63,933 nt of DNA, filler included, from Basidiobolus ranarum (GCA_040143965.1; 46 parts of 46 records of this genome joined end to end with filler, not necessarily neighbours in it), one strand, 5' to 3'. Positions 1-12,570 are shown, counted from the whole stretch's first letter. Numbers and translations are program-made. The notes: generated from the sequence alone by a model not told the origin.

Positions 1-1074
1 AATGGCTAAGATTCTGCACTCTTACCAAGAGAGCAGCCTGGAATAAGTGGTAGCATTACAGGACAATACCACCGGTTCAAGCAGTGTTACAGGACGGTAT
101 GTTTATTAACAATTATAGATATTGCAAAATTAATATGACTAAAAGCTAACAAACATCATGATTAATCACATATGCGGTAAGAAAATCCTATAAAATGGAT
201 AGTTTTTACAAATAGCATAATCAAAATGTTTCATATTAAAGATGATGTTAATTTTCAAGTTCCTTATAAAAATTTTCACTTCAGGACTTTTATCTAGTAA
301 TACTTTTACCCGGTAGAATAACTGTATTTAGACAAGTTCAAATTACCACAGTGGCGTGATAGTAGATAAGGGCGATCTTTAGCTTTCAGATCATCCATTG
401 CTTCTACAAGCAACAACCGCGCATCATCAGAACAATTTTCGGTCAGATCCCAGTGGACTACTAGCAAGGATTACATGATGACAGGCGAGACAATGCAACG
501 TGTTTGATGTGATGGAGGCTAGAAGAATGCAGTAGCTATATAGAAACTACTTCATTTACCATCAACAATATACACAATCCACAGCCCTTTTCTTATAGTC
601 TGAAGCTTTCTATCTTTCTCCAACTATCATAATTGAGGTCGAGTCTTATTTCACTGTTTATACTCACCACTGTCATTTATAGTAAGATGAGTGCAAACAA
701 ATTTCGTACTCCGAGCAAGTAATAGAAATACCCTCACGTTGAAATTTTTTTGAAATGAATTAAGTAATTAGACTTCTGATTTAGCAAAAAATTAGAATTT
801 TCCTTAATGCTTAAGTAATGTGCCATTCGCGCACCCTGAGCTGATTCCGTACCATTTTCATACAAAAAAGATGTCTGGGCAGTGATGCTCATGGCTGACC
901 AGGAGCAAATAAGATATCTCAGGCGCATAATTGTCTAATCAATTGGCCATAAGTGGCATCTGATGATTAACCACAAATGTAACTAGACAGAAAGGAAAGG
1001 GGATCTCTTTTCAGCGAAGATGGTCCATGCTCCTGTATAATATAAAGCTATTCAAAAATTCCATGTTCAACATC

Positions 1075-1298
1075 ATGAATTGGTTTCTACTTTTGCTAAT
1101 CTACGTTCAGTACGCTCGAGGGGTCGATGTAAGCTTAAGCTTCGAGGACTACTCGGGTGAGGTAGATATCAGGTCCATTTATACAAGCTTTGAAGCTCCT
1201 GAAGGATATACCCCCCCTGGCACTTATTGGTGCGTTGCCGCTTGGTGGGGTGGCTACTTTGGTGTTCAGAGAGCAGGCAACGGATCTTATAACTACAT
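1075..1298 (+). CDS. Secreted protein with DUF3472-like N-terminal domain (3' truncated by contig end)
   Basis: MNWFLLLLIYVQYARG looks like a signal peptide. YTSFEAPEGYTPPGTYWCVAAWWGGYFGVQ resembles the DUF3472 motif (Y..V.VP.G....+YF...GF..GYFG+Q). TATAA/TATAAA at ~1037-1046; CpG normal. An alternative start is ATG 1063. Confidence 0.6.
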
Positions 1299-1398
1299 NN
1301 NNNNNNNNNNNNNNNNNNNNNNNNNNNNNNNNNNNNNNNNNNTTAATTAATTAANNNNNNNNNNNNNNNNNNNNNNNNNNNNNNNNNNNNNNNNNNNN
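1299..1398. other. Artificial contig spacer (first of 45 identical ones; last at 62548-62647)
   Basis: 44 N + TTAATTAATTAA (stops in all six frames) + 44 N, recurring about every 1.39 kb; contig lengths fall steadily from 1298 to 1286 bp. Confidence 0.99.
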
Positions 1399-2033
1399 AT
1401 GCACAAGTACTGCTTTGATTTCAACAACGGTTACTTCAGATTGATTTAGCAGTTGGTGTTTATATTGATGCTACGGATAGGGGCCAACACGATGGCCAGT
1501 TCGAAGTATTCCAACTATTTTGGTGGCTGTGTTTGACCCTTGCTGGTCTCGAGGAAATTTCGATGAAGTCTAGCTTTCATTGTTGGCATTTTTTCAAAGT
1601 TAATTTTTCCTGAATACAGTGATCAAATGTAGCCGAAAAGTAAGGGCAGTTCCTCATCGTTCAGTCAAATAGTTCAAGCAATTCAGCGAGGAAATGAATG
1701 AAAGGTATATGTGCGCCTTTTCTTGCAGTTTAACAATTACTATGGTCTGAAGATAAACCGCGAGTAATGGTGCGCCACATTAGAATATAGTCACAATTGG
1801 ATTCAAGATATCCACTATCATGCATTCCATTGGGTCAGATTACAAAATACCTGATACACATCTGGTTTCCGGCCATAAATACTCTCAAGTAAAGTGACTT
1901 GAGACAAGCTCACCAGTAAACCGGTTGAAAACGTGTGGGATCGATAGCATGTCTTGCCTAGTACGATATTAATATACCAAACGAATTAGCTCCTATCTTC
2001 CAATGTACAATGAACACCCTAAATAGGAGTAAT

Positions 2034-2054
2034 TATATACATATATATATATAT
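2034..2054. repeat. (AT)n microsatellite
   Basis: tatatacatatatatatatat. Confidence 0.7.
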
Positions 2055-2185
2055 GATAAAGGGTTTATTCAATACTTATGTTGATGCAACCTCTATGGGT
2101 GGAATACACTGGGCTATAAAAATGGGGAAGATTCAAAATGTACAATTAAATATTTTAAAGCGCTTGAATAATGAACAGTAAAATA

Positions 2186-2656
2186 TCAGGAAAATATAGT
2201 CAGAAACAGTGGCAAAAATATGCAAAGCAGGGTTATAGAAATTAAGGTTAGAATCCGGTTCCAGAATCTCCATTTGGCTTGGTATTTTGTAGCCGGCTGT
2301 GAAGGGAAAAACGCAAAGATCCACCAGATGAATGGCAGAACAAATCCAGAGAAGAATGCTATTCTACCGTAGTTGGAGTATCGTTCGGTGATGGTAGATT
2401 CATAAGTGGATGCTATCTCGGATGCCTTTTCCGTATTACTTGTGGTTGGCTTGATTTTGATGGAGTTCAAGCCCCACTGCCTCTTTGGTCGAGACATTGT
2501 GCTTGGTGAAAGGTACACTGGGGCTAGCTGTGTTATTACTGGGTAATTGGCATTCGCTAAAGAATGTTGTAGAAAATCAGCTGTGATTTCATATTCCATT
2601 GAGCCAGGACCAAACTCTAAGCGGACATCATTTCTTTCAAAGGGGGCCGAAGTCAT
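2186..2656 (-). CDS. Fungal-type hypothetical membrane protein with two C-terminal TM helices
   Basis: Intact ORF with normal CpG. C-terminal pattern FFSGFVLPFIWWIFAFFP...KWRFWNR plus hydrophobic tail. Start is ATG 2656, or an upstream exon spliced at CATTAG (2675). Confidence 0.6.
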   Translation of the reverse strand: MTSAPFERNDVRLEFGPGSMEYEITADFLQHSLANANYPVITQLAPVYLSPSTMSRPKRQWGLNSIKIKPTTSNTEKASEIASTYESTITERYSNYGRIAFFSGFVLPFIWWIFAFFPSQPATKYQAKWRFWNRILTLISITLLCIFLPLFLTIFS

Positions 2657-2795
2657 GGAGCGTGAATACAAGATCTAATGTGTCGACGGGAGGATNNNNN
2701 NNNNNNNNNNNNNNNNNNNNNNNNNNNNNNNNNNNNNNNTTAATTAATTAANNNNNNNNNNNNNNNNNNNNNNNNNNNNNNNNNNNNNNNNNNNN

Positions 2796-3123
2796 TGAAT
2801 AGGGAATATACTGTGGCAAGTTTGAGAGTTGGGGTGTCAGGGACTACAAGGACCAATACAAAGAGGGATGATGAAAGGATGATGTAACAATGATCGGGTG
2901 ACCTTCCATGGAAGGTCTTGGTGGAAATACACTATGTGGGGGATGATGTGATTGGTTAGGCTTCATGGAATGTTCCAAAGAACATGACTTCCATCTAAGG
3001 TAATCTAGATGAACTAACACCAGATTGCCCAGAAGGGATGGCACAGCAGATATGATGTCATAATCTAATAATAGAAGAGTTCTATTTGCAGTGGATCAGT
3101 ATGCCAAGATCAGAATCATGACA
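2796..3123 (-). mobile_element. LTR family A (TGTCA...TGACA, gypsy-like), partial
   Basis: Reverse strand begins TGTCATGATTCTG at 3123; homologous to 9779-10293, 13967-14359, 33473-33561 and 58488-58933. Confidence 0.8.
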
Positions 3124-3967
3124 TATACTAGCTGCAATGTTCTTTGAAATCGAACAGAAAAAAGTTCATATCTAATCAAAAATGACTGTAAACTTAGCCA
3201 GCAGGATCTAGATCAAGGATACACCAGGAGTGATGTATCCATGAATATGAAAGTTCCTTGTGTAAGGAGATAAAGCTATGGGAAAAAGTATTTAGTATCA
3301 TAGATAAAATACCAACCTTACAGTACATTCTTTGAGCCAGTCAATTCCTTTCCAGTCACAATGTACCTCTAACTGTCTCTAGTAGTCTCTCTTGAGCTTC
3401 CTCTTCAAAGGTCTTGTAAGCAGTGCTGCAACTAAGGGGTGATCACAAGTAGTAATTATTAGTTAAAAACCAGGATGATTTTTATTTGAAAAGATATGAC
3501 CATCATTTTTACTTTTCTAAAGGCAAATATGAATACTAATGAGAATTTCTGGAAAGTTCAAGAGAGTTCTATTAGTGAGGATCTGAGAATATTATATCAT
3601 GATAAATCATAAGCTCAATAAGCCATGGAATATTCCAGAAGGTTGTAGATTACTCCAGAAGGTCATGGCATATTCTGGCAAAATCAAGTTTTAATTGGTC
3701 AAAATTCAATCACATATCCAATATTCCAAGAATGTTGTGGAATATTCTGGAAGATTATAGAAATTTCCAAAAATAATAGGGCTAAGGTGGTTTAATACTG
3801 ACAAAACTCAAATAATAGGGGATAATACTAAGAGTGCAATATGATTAGCTAGTAATATCAGCAAATCAAATATGGATAATAAAACTGAAATTCTGAGATT
3901 GTAATGATATGAGCTAGGAATGGAAATAGGTCAATCTGCCAGTGTGTAGCAATGCTACCCTACTACA
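3124..3967 (-). mobile_element. LTR family B (gypsy), inserted into CACTA-type transposase sequence
   Basis: Homologous to 23978-24792; terminus TGTAGTAGGGTAGC at 3967; transposase-like DNA follows at 3968-4092. Confidence 0.75.
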
Positions 3968-4192
3968 ACAGTAGTACTGACAATTTCACATGGAGCATCA
4001 TTTCTCTGCAAGTGCACTCCATTGGCAACTCCCAGAATGTATATAAAGGGCCTATAATCTGGAAGAATTGTGAAAGATGCAGCAGGGAATGTNNNNNNNN
4101 NNNNNNNNNNNNNNNNNNNNNNNNNNNNNNNNNNNNTTAATTAATTAANNNNNNNNNNNNNNNNNNNNNNNNNNNNNNNNNNNNNNNNNNNN

Positions 4193-4728
4193 CAAAATCC
4201 AAGAGCTTATTCTCATTGTGAATGGTAACAAGAGTCAGCTATTTGCCAAGTGTCAATGCTATTCAGAATTTCAGATGTTTAGCAACTTTTCCACCGTTAG
4301 TTTGCTGGTAAAGCATATTGATGTTGTTGAGTGATCTCTAATCAGTCAAATATGTGCATATGTAGAGACTAAACACAACAAGATTCATGTATTTTTTGAT
4401 TCTCATTATGGCTGGAATACAAAGCCTAAAATATCTAAATAAAGGTATGCATATTAATTCAAATTCCTACAGTAGTAGACCCAGTAATTTGCCATTCAAA
4501 AAACATATTTTTGCAAAAATTGCTGGATATTGAATAATACATGATAAATTTGAGGATCAATATTTTAACATATATAAATAATGTTAAGATACCATGAAGA
4601 AACAGCCATTACACCATCAAAATCCCTGGCAGAATGCAAGCCAACAATATTGTGATGGCTCTCTGATGGTTTTGCTAATTTGCAGGGTGGATCCAATCCG
4701 GATCAGATTAATTTTATTTTTGTCAGGG
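4193..4728 (+). mobile_element. CCCTA-type En/Spm (CMC) transposon, 3' (R) end
   Basis: Ends ...ATTTTATTTTTGTCAGGG, the reverse complement of the shared TIR CCCT(A/G)ACAAAAAT; homologous to the other R-end copies. Confidence 0.75.
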
Positions 4729-5489
4729 GATCCATCTTACCAAAAAGTCTCTCTTGCAGCTTTCCTAAAAGTACCATCAGTTTATTACACAAGCAAATTA
4801 GTCCAATTATAGAGGGACTTACTCGGTGTCCATGGATTGGGCTTTGTTGCAGTTATTGTGCTCAAACAATGCAAGAACCCTTGAGTGCATTGAAAAGAGC
4901 CCTTTGTTGGCAGGTTAATATTCTCTGGAGTCTCCTTAACCAATTACATTACATTCATCACTGATTTAGCTGATACATTGTTAATCAGATTAGCATACGG
5001 TAATACTGATACTTTCACATGGACCATCATTTCACCACAAGTATGCTCCATTGGGAACTCCAAGAATGTATAGCAAGGGCCTATAATCTCTGAGCATTGT
5101 GAAATATCCAGCAGGGAATGTAATGAATACCAGCATAGATTCAGTCTATCTTCTTTAAACCTGTGATGAAGTTTTTCATATCCAATTACAAAATCTTTAC
5201 ACAGTTGCTGTATCTGCCTGAGATCTGCCAATTTGAGTTTATGCCATCAGAATATATTAACAATATCCACAAACAACTCCCAATGCCCCCAATACTAATC
5301 AGGTATAAATCTCTTCAAAGTTCTACTTGAATATATACAAATCCAATACTTCCAGTCTTTGCAATGGAATAAATGCCAAGATGAGTGGATATTGATGGGA
5401 GTCCTGGTAAAATATGATGGTATCTTGATGTTTTCAAGCATTTTCCCAATTGATTCAAACTTTGATCCTTTCTCAAATGGCTCATTAAT
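4729..5489 (-). pseudogene. En/Spm (CACTA) transposase fragment (DUF4218-like C-terminal region)
   Basis: HSLLDISQCSEIIGPCYTFLEFPMEHTCG corresponds to the H.LLH+...I...GP....W.FPMER.CG motif; frameshifts and stops. Confidence 0.8.
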
Positions 5490-5884
5490 NNNNNNNNNNN
5501 NNNNNNNNNNNNNNNNNNNNNNNNNNNNNNNNNTTAATTAATTAANNNNNNNNNNNNNNNNNNNNNNNNNNNNNNNNNNNNNNNNNNNNAACACATTGTG
5601 TATGATGAAAGACCTAGTTGGCTACACAAGCCAGTGCAATTTAACATGGGAAAAAGCCATATAGAACTGTAATAGATCAAAGTTTGTTGAGAGTGTGAAG
5701 ATAGTAGCTGTAGTAACATATTAGAGCTACTTATGTACTGACTTCTCAGCTTGCTGCTAGAAAATATTGGCAGTTTAAAAACCCTAGATATCACCAGCTT
5801 TGAAACTTTAGTCACAGTATGACATGCTTTTGCAATTGCCTAACATCATAGGTAACAGGCATTAGGTGCATTGACACAAAATAT

Positions 5885-6232
5885 TGTTAAAATTGGGCAA
5901 ATAGCATGTCAATATTTATAGTTTGTTTGTTTGTATTCTGATTATTTAGCACAGAGTTCTGCCATTCAACAATGTGCGTTTATAGCTCTAGATGATAAAA
6001 ATACCAATTAGATCACCTTTATCTATTTTCACTATTTTCTCAAAAACTCACCAAATCACCTCAAATTTTCACACATGTTTAACAGACGTACTTGTTATGA
6101 TCTAAGTATGTCCAATATTCCCATGTCACAGTAAACTCTAAATAGGACAAATTCAATTTAATAAAGCTTAAGTGTCTGATTCACAAAAAATCTTGTTCAA
6201 AACACTTCCAAATGCCCTAAACACTTTTATCA
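5885..6232 (+). mobile_element. Solo copia LTR, family C (348 bp)
   Basis: TGTTA...TATCA termini with perfect 5-bp TSD AATAT (5880-5884 / 6233-6237). Confidence 0.9.
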
Positions 6233-6327
6233 AATATGATGGGAGGCAACAAATTGCTTCAATCTTTATGGAAGTAGCATGTATTGTGAGTAGAATTTTC
6301 AATCATTTTTAAAATGGTAGCTAAACC

Positions 6328-6679
6328 TGTTGAAATTAGGTAAATAGCAACTCATTATTTAGTAGTTAGTTTATTCATAGTATGTTTATTTAGCACTTAA
6401 TTCTGTCATTCAAAAATGTGTGTTTATTGCTCTAATCGATGGAAATATCAGTTAGATCACTTTTACCAATTTTCACTATTTTCTCAAAACTTCTCCAAAT
6501 CACCTCAAATTTTCACCCATGCTTAACAGGCATGTTTGTTATGATCTAAGCACATCCAATAATCCTTTTTCATAGTAACCTATAAATAGGACATATTCAA
6601 TTCAATAAAACTTAAGTGTCTAATTCACAATTCCAAGTTTTGTCCAAAACACTTCCAAATCCCCTAAACACTTTTATCA
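6328..6679 (+). mobile_element. Solo copia LTR, family C (352 bp)
   Basis: TGTTG...TATCA, flanked by AAACC/ATACC (4/5 TSD); homologous to 60626-60967, which is followed by PBS and gag. Confidence 0.88.
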
Positions 6680-8128
6680 ATACCATGAAAGGTTTGATCA
6701 TTACAGTTTAGGCCTGGCCCACATCTTTAAAGTTAGCTTTCACTACCACAGCTCAGTAATCAACACCAAAAATTCAATCATCACTTATAATGCAGGCTTG
6801 ACTAAATATAATTGTCATTTTGCCAGCAATGATTTGACAAATTTCAGTGCAGGCATCCACATTGCAGTTGTGGGCCATTCTTTTGCNNNNNNNNNNNNNN
6901 NNNNNNNNNNNNNNNNNNNNNNNNNNNNNNTTAATTAATTAANNNNNNNNNNNNNNNNNNNNNNNNNNNNNNNNNNNNNNNNNNNNATGATGACCTCCAT
7001 GTCATACACTTGCATTGAATTCTCTTTCCCTATTGATATGTATAATAATCCTTAGAGCTATTGAATTACAAATACTAGAATTGAATGCTATCTACTGATT
7101 CTCGATTCTTCCGTGGGTTAACATCATTTTTTGTCTGTTGGTTGGTTCTCAATTGGTTCACTGTATCTATTCATACGTTACGCAGAGTATACTCTGGTGC
7201 GGTATTTAACGCACCTTGTCTACAACAATTGCCTTGTCAACCAAAAGTCTCTGATCCAGAAATGCAAGCATGCACAAATTAGAAAAGCATAATCTGGATT
7301 GTATATTATTCTCAAACTATTAGATAACTACTGTTGTAACTTAGACATGTTTATATTCAATACAATGTTAATAAAGCATATTACTTCCTCTTTGTGATGA
7401 GTTGGATTCCTGTGTACTAATAGGGATATATAGTCTGCTAGGCTGGTAACTTCGACATAACTTTAATATATCCCTCCAGGGAGGGAACAACCATCTTTGG
7501 TTACTATCTTCGATGCCTAAAAAAGCTTAAACTTGTTAGTATGGTAAAATAGATACGATAGGGTGATAGTATTTACTGTCAAAACAACTTAAATCCAAGG
7601 TTTCGAAACGTATGCTGAAGACCGGATACTTGGAGATAAGATATCCTATTATAACCAATTAATCCATTTTGTAATTGGTCATGGCTCAATCGGTTATGGC
7701 TTCCTCAAAATGTTCAAGTGAGTTGTGATGATTTTACTGCAATAAGAAAAGGCCTACAAACAAATGCGCAATTAAACCATAATTTATTCAGATGCGGCAA
7801 AACATTTTGAATCATCCACTTGAAATATAAATCCTGGGTAAGTATTCTGTCGGATCGCCATATACGAAAAATACTACCCCAAATGGTGCATGATAGAAGA
7901 GTGTTGGGAAATTCTCTGTCTTCGCTATAGATAGCGACCTGATGAAGAAAATATTCCTATGAAGTATCGGACCACTCATGATCGGCTGGTTAATTCGGTC
8001 AGAAATTCTGAATGATCATTTTCCATCGGTACGGAGCTAAAACCTTCATTGAAGTTTATTTACTATAAATACTGCCTTATCTCTGAGTTATACATTAGAT
8101 TTTTATTATCTATTCTCTCAGTCTTACG

Positions 8129-8282
8129 ATGAAAACACCATTTTCAACGCTAGAGCATCCTCGCGATATTATTAGAGGTTTCATTCCAGGATGGTTTGCT
8201 GTCAATATGGGTACAGGCATTACAGGCATTGTCATTGCTAACTTCCCTTTCCCATTCCGTGGTATGGTGACCATTGGTTCGA
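8129..8282 (+). CDS. TDT/SLAC1-family transporter (Ssu1/Mae1-like sulfite or dicarboxylate efflux), 5' fragment
   Basis: IIRGFIPGWFAVNMGTGITGIVIANFPFPFRG matches the family N-terminal F.P.WF...MGTG motif; TATAAAT at ~8064. Confidence 0.85.
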
Positions 8283-8382
8283 NNNNNNNNNNNNNNNNNN
8301 NNNNNNNNNNNNNNNNNNNNNNNNNNTTAATTAATTAANNNNNNNNNNNNNNNNNNNNNNNNNNNNNNNNNNNNNNNNNNNN

Positions 8383-9298
8383 CATTCCAACATCAAACTT
8401 GGTATTAGCTGTACGCCTAAGATTATCTAGCTAAAGGGGAGCAGCGGGCGCCAGAGCTTCCCATTAGGCACTATGCGCTTACTATTCAACAACATTCCAA
8501 TACTACTTACTCCGCTATGTAGTGGAAAATTCAATATGAATGAGCCATGTGAGATAGGATCAAAGTTTGAATTGATTGGGAAAATCCTTGAAAATGTCAA
8601 GATACCATCATATTTTATCAGGACTCCAATCAATATCCACTCATCTAGGTGCTTATTCAAAGGTAAAGACTGGAAGTATTGGATTTGTATATATTCAAGT
8701 GGAATTTTGAAAGGATTTCTGCCTGTTAACTATTGGCAACATTGGGAGTTGTTTGTGCATATTGTTAATATATTCTTACAGCATCAACTCACATTGGCAG
8801 ATCTCAGGCAGATATAACAACTATGCAAAGATTTTGTAATTGGATATGAAAAGCTTTATTACCGGTTTTAAGAAGAACGACAGTATATATGCTGGTATTC
8901 AATACATTACCTGCTGCATCTTTCACAATGCTTAGAGATTTCAGGTCCTTGCTATTCATACTGGGAGTTCCCAATGTAGCACACCTTTGGTGAAATGATT
9001 CTCCATGTGAAATTGTTGTTATTACCATATGCTAATATGATATAAAATGTATTGGCTAAATCTGGGATAAATGTATTGTAATGGTTTAAGGAGACTCCAG
9101 AGTATATCAACCTTGCAACAAAGGGCTCTTTTCAATGTGCTCATGGGTTTTTGTATTATTTGAGCACAATTACAGCAACAAAACCCAATCCATGGACACA
9201 GAGTTAGTATCTCTATAATCTGGACTAATTTGTTAGTGTGATTATCTGATGGTATTTCTAGGAAGGCTGCAAGACAGACTTCTTGATGAGATAGATCA
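8383..9298 (+). pseudogene. En/Spm transposase fragment
   Basis: FPLGTMRLLFNNI...FKGKDWKYWICIYS; homologous to 54326-55613. Confidence 0.8.
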
Positions 9299-9678
9299 AC
9301 ACATCTTCTCCCTCTAAAGTTGCAGTCATACCTTCCAGTTGTTTTGCCAAAGATCTCACATTTGCAATATTAGTAACCATACTTTCAGACTTTTCCATTG
9401 TTATATTGAAGAATTTTTGTCTGAGAAAGAGTCTATTAGCAAAACTCTTTGCTTCATGACACTCTTCTAATATAGTACAAGCTTGATGGGAAGTCTTTGC
9501 ATATTGAATATTGACAAGTTGTGAATCCTTCAAACTTTGACAAATGACATCACAGGCCTTCTTGTCTTTTTCTTGTAAGCTTCCAATAAAGAAGGGTCAG
9601 AAGGTTCCTTTTCATCTCCAGAGACTACATCCCAAAGCTCCCTGTCTTCCAGCATAATTTGCATCTTGAACTTCCAGA
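9299..9678 (-). pseudogene. Ty1/copia gag fragment
   Basis: WKFKMQ.MLEDRELWDV...SFANRLFLRQKFFNITM (UBN2-type gag). Confidence 0.85.
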
Positions 9679-9778
9679 NNNNNNNNNNNNNNNNNNNNNN
9701 NNNNNNNNNNNNNNNNNNNNNNTTAATTAATTAANNNNNNNNNNNNNNNNNNNNNNNNNNNNNNNNNNNNNNNNNNNN

Positions 9779-10293
9779 AACTCTGCTATTATTAGATTAT
9801 GACATCATATCTACTGTGCCATCCCTTCCTGGCAATCTGGTGTCCGTCCATCCAGATTACCTTATATGGAAGTCATGTTCTTTGGAACATTCCATGAAAC
9901 CTGACCAATCATGTCATCTCACACAAAGTGTATTTCCACCAAGACCTTCAATGGAAGGTCACCTGATCATCCTTACATCATCCTTACATCATCCTTGCAT
10001 CATCCCTCTTTGTACTGGTCCTTGTAGTCCCTAACACCCCAACTCTTGAACTTGCCACAGTATATTCCCTATTAAGTGTATTATGTTTCACCTTGCAATA
10101 TTCATATAAGCACCATGTATTCCTTGATCAGATCTCAGTCTGATCAATGTTAGTTATCAATAAAGATTCTTACCAAAGTATCTTACTTGTCCAGTATTGT
10201 CTTGTCTTGTCTTATGGTCTACACGCAAGTACTCTCCTGCCTTCTAGCCTCTGGTCATTGTTTGCAGTCCTTGTTCAGTTCCTTATTGTGACA
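9779..10293 (+). mobile_element. LTR family A, 3' part, inserted into copia RT
   Basis: Ends ...TTATTGTGACA, immediately followed by copia RT MEVKTAF. Confidence 0.8.
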
Positions 10294-10458
10294 ATGGAAG
10301 TTAAAACTGCTTTTGTGAATAGGGACTTGGAAGTCAATATATTCATGGATCAACCAGATGGTTTTGTGGATCCTGAGCACCCTGAGAATGTGTGTAAGCT
10401 TCAAAAATCACTTTATGGACTTAAACAATCACCAAGGGCCTGGAACACTAAGATAGAC
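10294..10458 (+). pseudogene. Ty1/copia reverse transcriptase fragment
   Basis: VKTAFVNRDLEVNIFMDQPDGF...LQKSLYGLKQSPRAW. Confidence 0.9.
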
Positions 10459-11074
10459 CTCTAACAGAAATTTGAGGATTGTTATTGTGGGAAAACCATC
10501 ATAATTTTAATTCATTTGGGATTCACTGTTTACTTACCATCACAAAATTGTTTAGTTTGATTTGATTTTAAGCAATTTTTTCAATTTCAGGAGTGAAGTT
10601 TCAAGATCTTGCAAAATAGTTGCACATGATTGGCTAAAATCTCAGAGAACTTTTGATCAACACAAGTGCAAAAAATGTAACTCAAATTTTACATAATTAC
10701 CACTTGAATGCTTATTTGTCATCTTCAAAATCCCTAGTCTCTTTGATATATTCTGCTGAATATTTTTATAGAGTTCTTCATACCCAAGGTTTAGATCATA
10801 CCCAACACATGTTTGTATTGATATCCCCATCAAAGCTGACCATGGTATTAACATTGCTGAATCATCATTCTTCCAGCTATCTGTCAGATACCCTGTAATA
10901 TTGTGCCACTCTGTATTAAGTTCTTCCCAGATATCTGCAGGGTCAACACCAGACTGAATGTCAAGTTGAATGTTCTTCTTCTCAAGCCACTTTCTGCATA
11001 CTTGCACTGCAATTTTCCCTTCATACTTTTGAAAATATTTCTCAAGCACTTTGACTATTTTTGTACATCCTTGT
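10459..11074 (+). mobile_element. CCCTA-type transposon 5' (L) end with decayed ORF2 on the minus strand (10657-11049)
   Basis: Starts C(T)CTAACAGAAATTTGAGG and interrupts copia RT; the same end occurs at 17809, 23977, 26272, 36524 and 46931. Confidence 0.7.
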
Positions 11075-11174
11075 NNNNNNNNNNNNNNNNNNNNNNNNNN
11101 NNNNNNNNNNNNNNNNNNTTAATTAATTAANNNNNNNNNNNNNNNNNNNNNNNNNNNNNNNNNNNNNNNNNNNN

Positions 11175-12470
11175 CATAGCAAGTTTGAGAGGCTGTCTTC
11201 GATTGGTCTCCTGGTTTGATTCTTACAAGATTGTAAGCACCTGTTGGATTGCTCTTTGTAAACACCTTGGCTGAAGCAAGCTGGTCCAAGAGTGAGTTAA
11301 TTAATGGCAAGGGGTACCAATTTTTGACTGTAATGCTATTTAGGCCTCGATAATCAACACAGAGATGGAGGGATCCATCCTTTTTCTTAACAAATAAGAT
11401 TGGAGAGCCTGCTGGGGACTTTGAATGTTGGATAAATCCTTTCTCCAGATTTTCTGCAATATACTCTTTCAGAATGTTGAGTTCTGGCTGAGTTAGCCCA
11501 TATATAGGCCCAAATGGTGGTTGTTTTCCTTCTTGTAGATCTATAGGGCAATCATATGGGTGGTGAGCTGGGAGTATATCAGATTTCTTCTTGTCAAAGA
11601 CATCAGCAAAGGCTTGGTATTTGGGTGGGAGCTTATGAACCATAGGTTTTGTTGGTTTCAGCTCTTCAGCAATACTGTCAATGGATATTGGCTTTATAGA
11701 TGTTTTTAGGAGTTGGGCTGGTGATGAGTTGGATACTTGGCAGGTTGGCAAATATGGACTAAGAGGTGGAGTTTGCTTGAATATGATAATCTTCTTCTTC
11801 CAATTGATTACTGGGTTGTGCTGCATGAGCCATGAGATACCAAGGATGACTGGGTGGTGAGGTGAAGAAATGATATTAAAGGCTATTTCTTCTTGATGAG
11901 CAGTGGACATGAGTGTAATAAAGGTTGTCTTATGTGTTACAGCAGCTGATGATAGCAGCCTTCCATCAATTACTTCTACAAGGACTGGACTAGATTTCTT
12001 GATTGTTGAGATAGAGTGGCTTTTACAAAGGCAGTGTCAATAAAACAGGAGGAAGCACCTGAATCAAGAAGTGCAGTTGTTTTTATTGACTTGAAATTTG
12101 GTAGCAGGAGTGTAATGGGCAGCTTTAATGATTGGTATGACTACAGAGATTGTGATGTATGGTGAAGGTACATTTTTGAAGATGGTTTGCCCAACTGTGT
12201 GCCTATTATTGCAGCTGGGTGTTGAAGTTTTCCAAGGATTGGGAAGAGTTCTCTTCTACTTGCATATTGTTGATCTTAAATTCAGGATTTTTTTTTAGAC
12301 ATGTTCTAGCTACATGTCCAGGAGCTCCACAATAGAGGTATAGTTTCTCTTGTTAGCATCAATATTTCTCCTGAGAGCTAAGCTTTCTGAAGTGAGTTCC
12401 ATCAATTTGCATTGGTTGATCAGCTTGAGCTGTATTTTGTGTTTGATTGAAGGGAGGTCTGAAAGTAGAT
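11175..12470 (-). pseudogene. Ty3/gypsy gag zinc knuckle - protease - RT fragment
   Basis: LYCGAPGHVARTC, ALLDSGASSCFID, PAGSPILFVKKKDGSL.LCVDYRGLN. Confidence 0.92.
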
Positions 12471-12570
12471 NNNNNNNNNNNNNNNNNNNNNNNNNNNNNN
12501 NNNNNNNNNNNNNNTTAATTAATTAANNNNNNNNNNNNNNNNNNNNNNNNNNNNNNNNNNNNNNNNNNNN

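Noticed and set aside
734-928. Short ORFs in intergenic DNA (734-928, 7085-7282, 29358-29606, 32672-32854) and antisense ORFs over TE pol
   Set aside because: No recognisable motifs; explained by chance, by LTR sequence, or as shadows of TE reading frames.
2844-3044. Recurrent small ORF MPSL.GNLV.VH.DYL.WKSCSLEHSMKP (also 9816, 13975, 58549) as a gene family
   Set aside because: Lies inside LTR family A, uses non-ATG starts and has inconsistent frames and ends among copies.
6709-6886. hAT-like terminus TAGGCCTGGCCC
   Set aside because: Single occurrence with no partner TIR or TSD visible.
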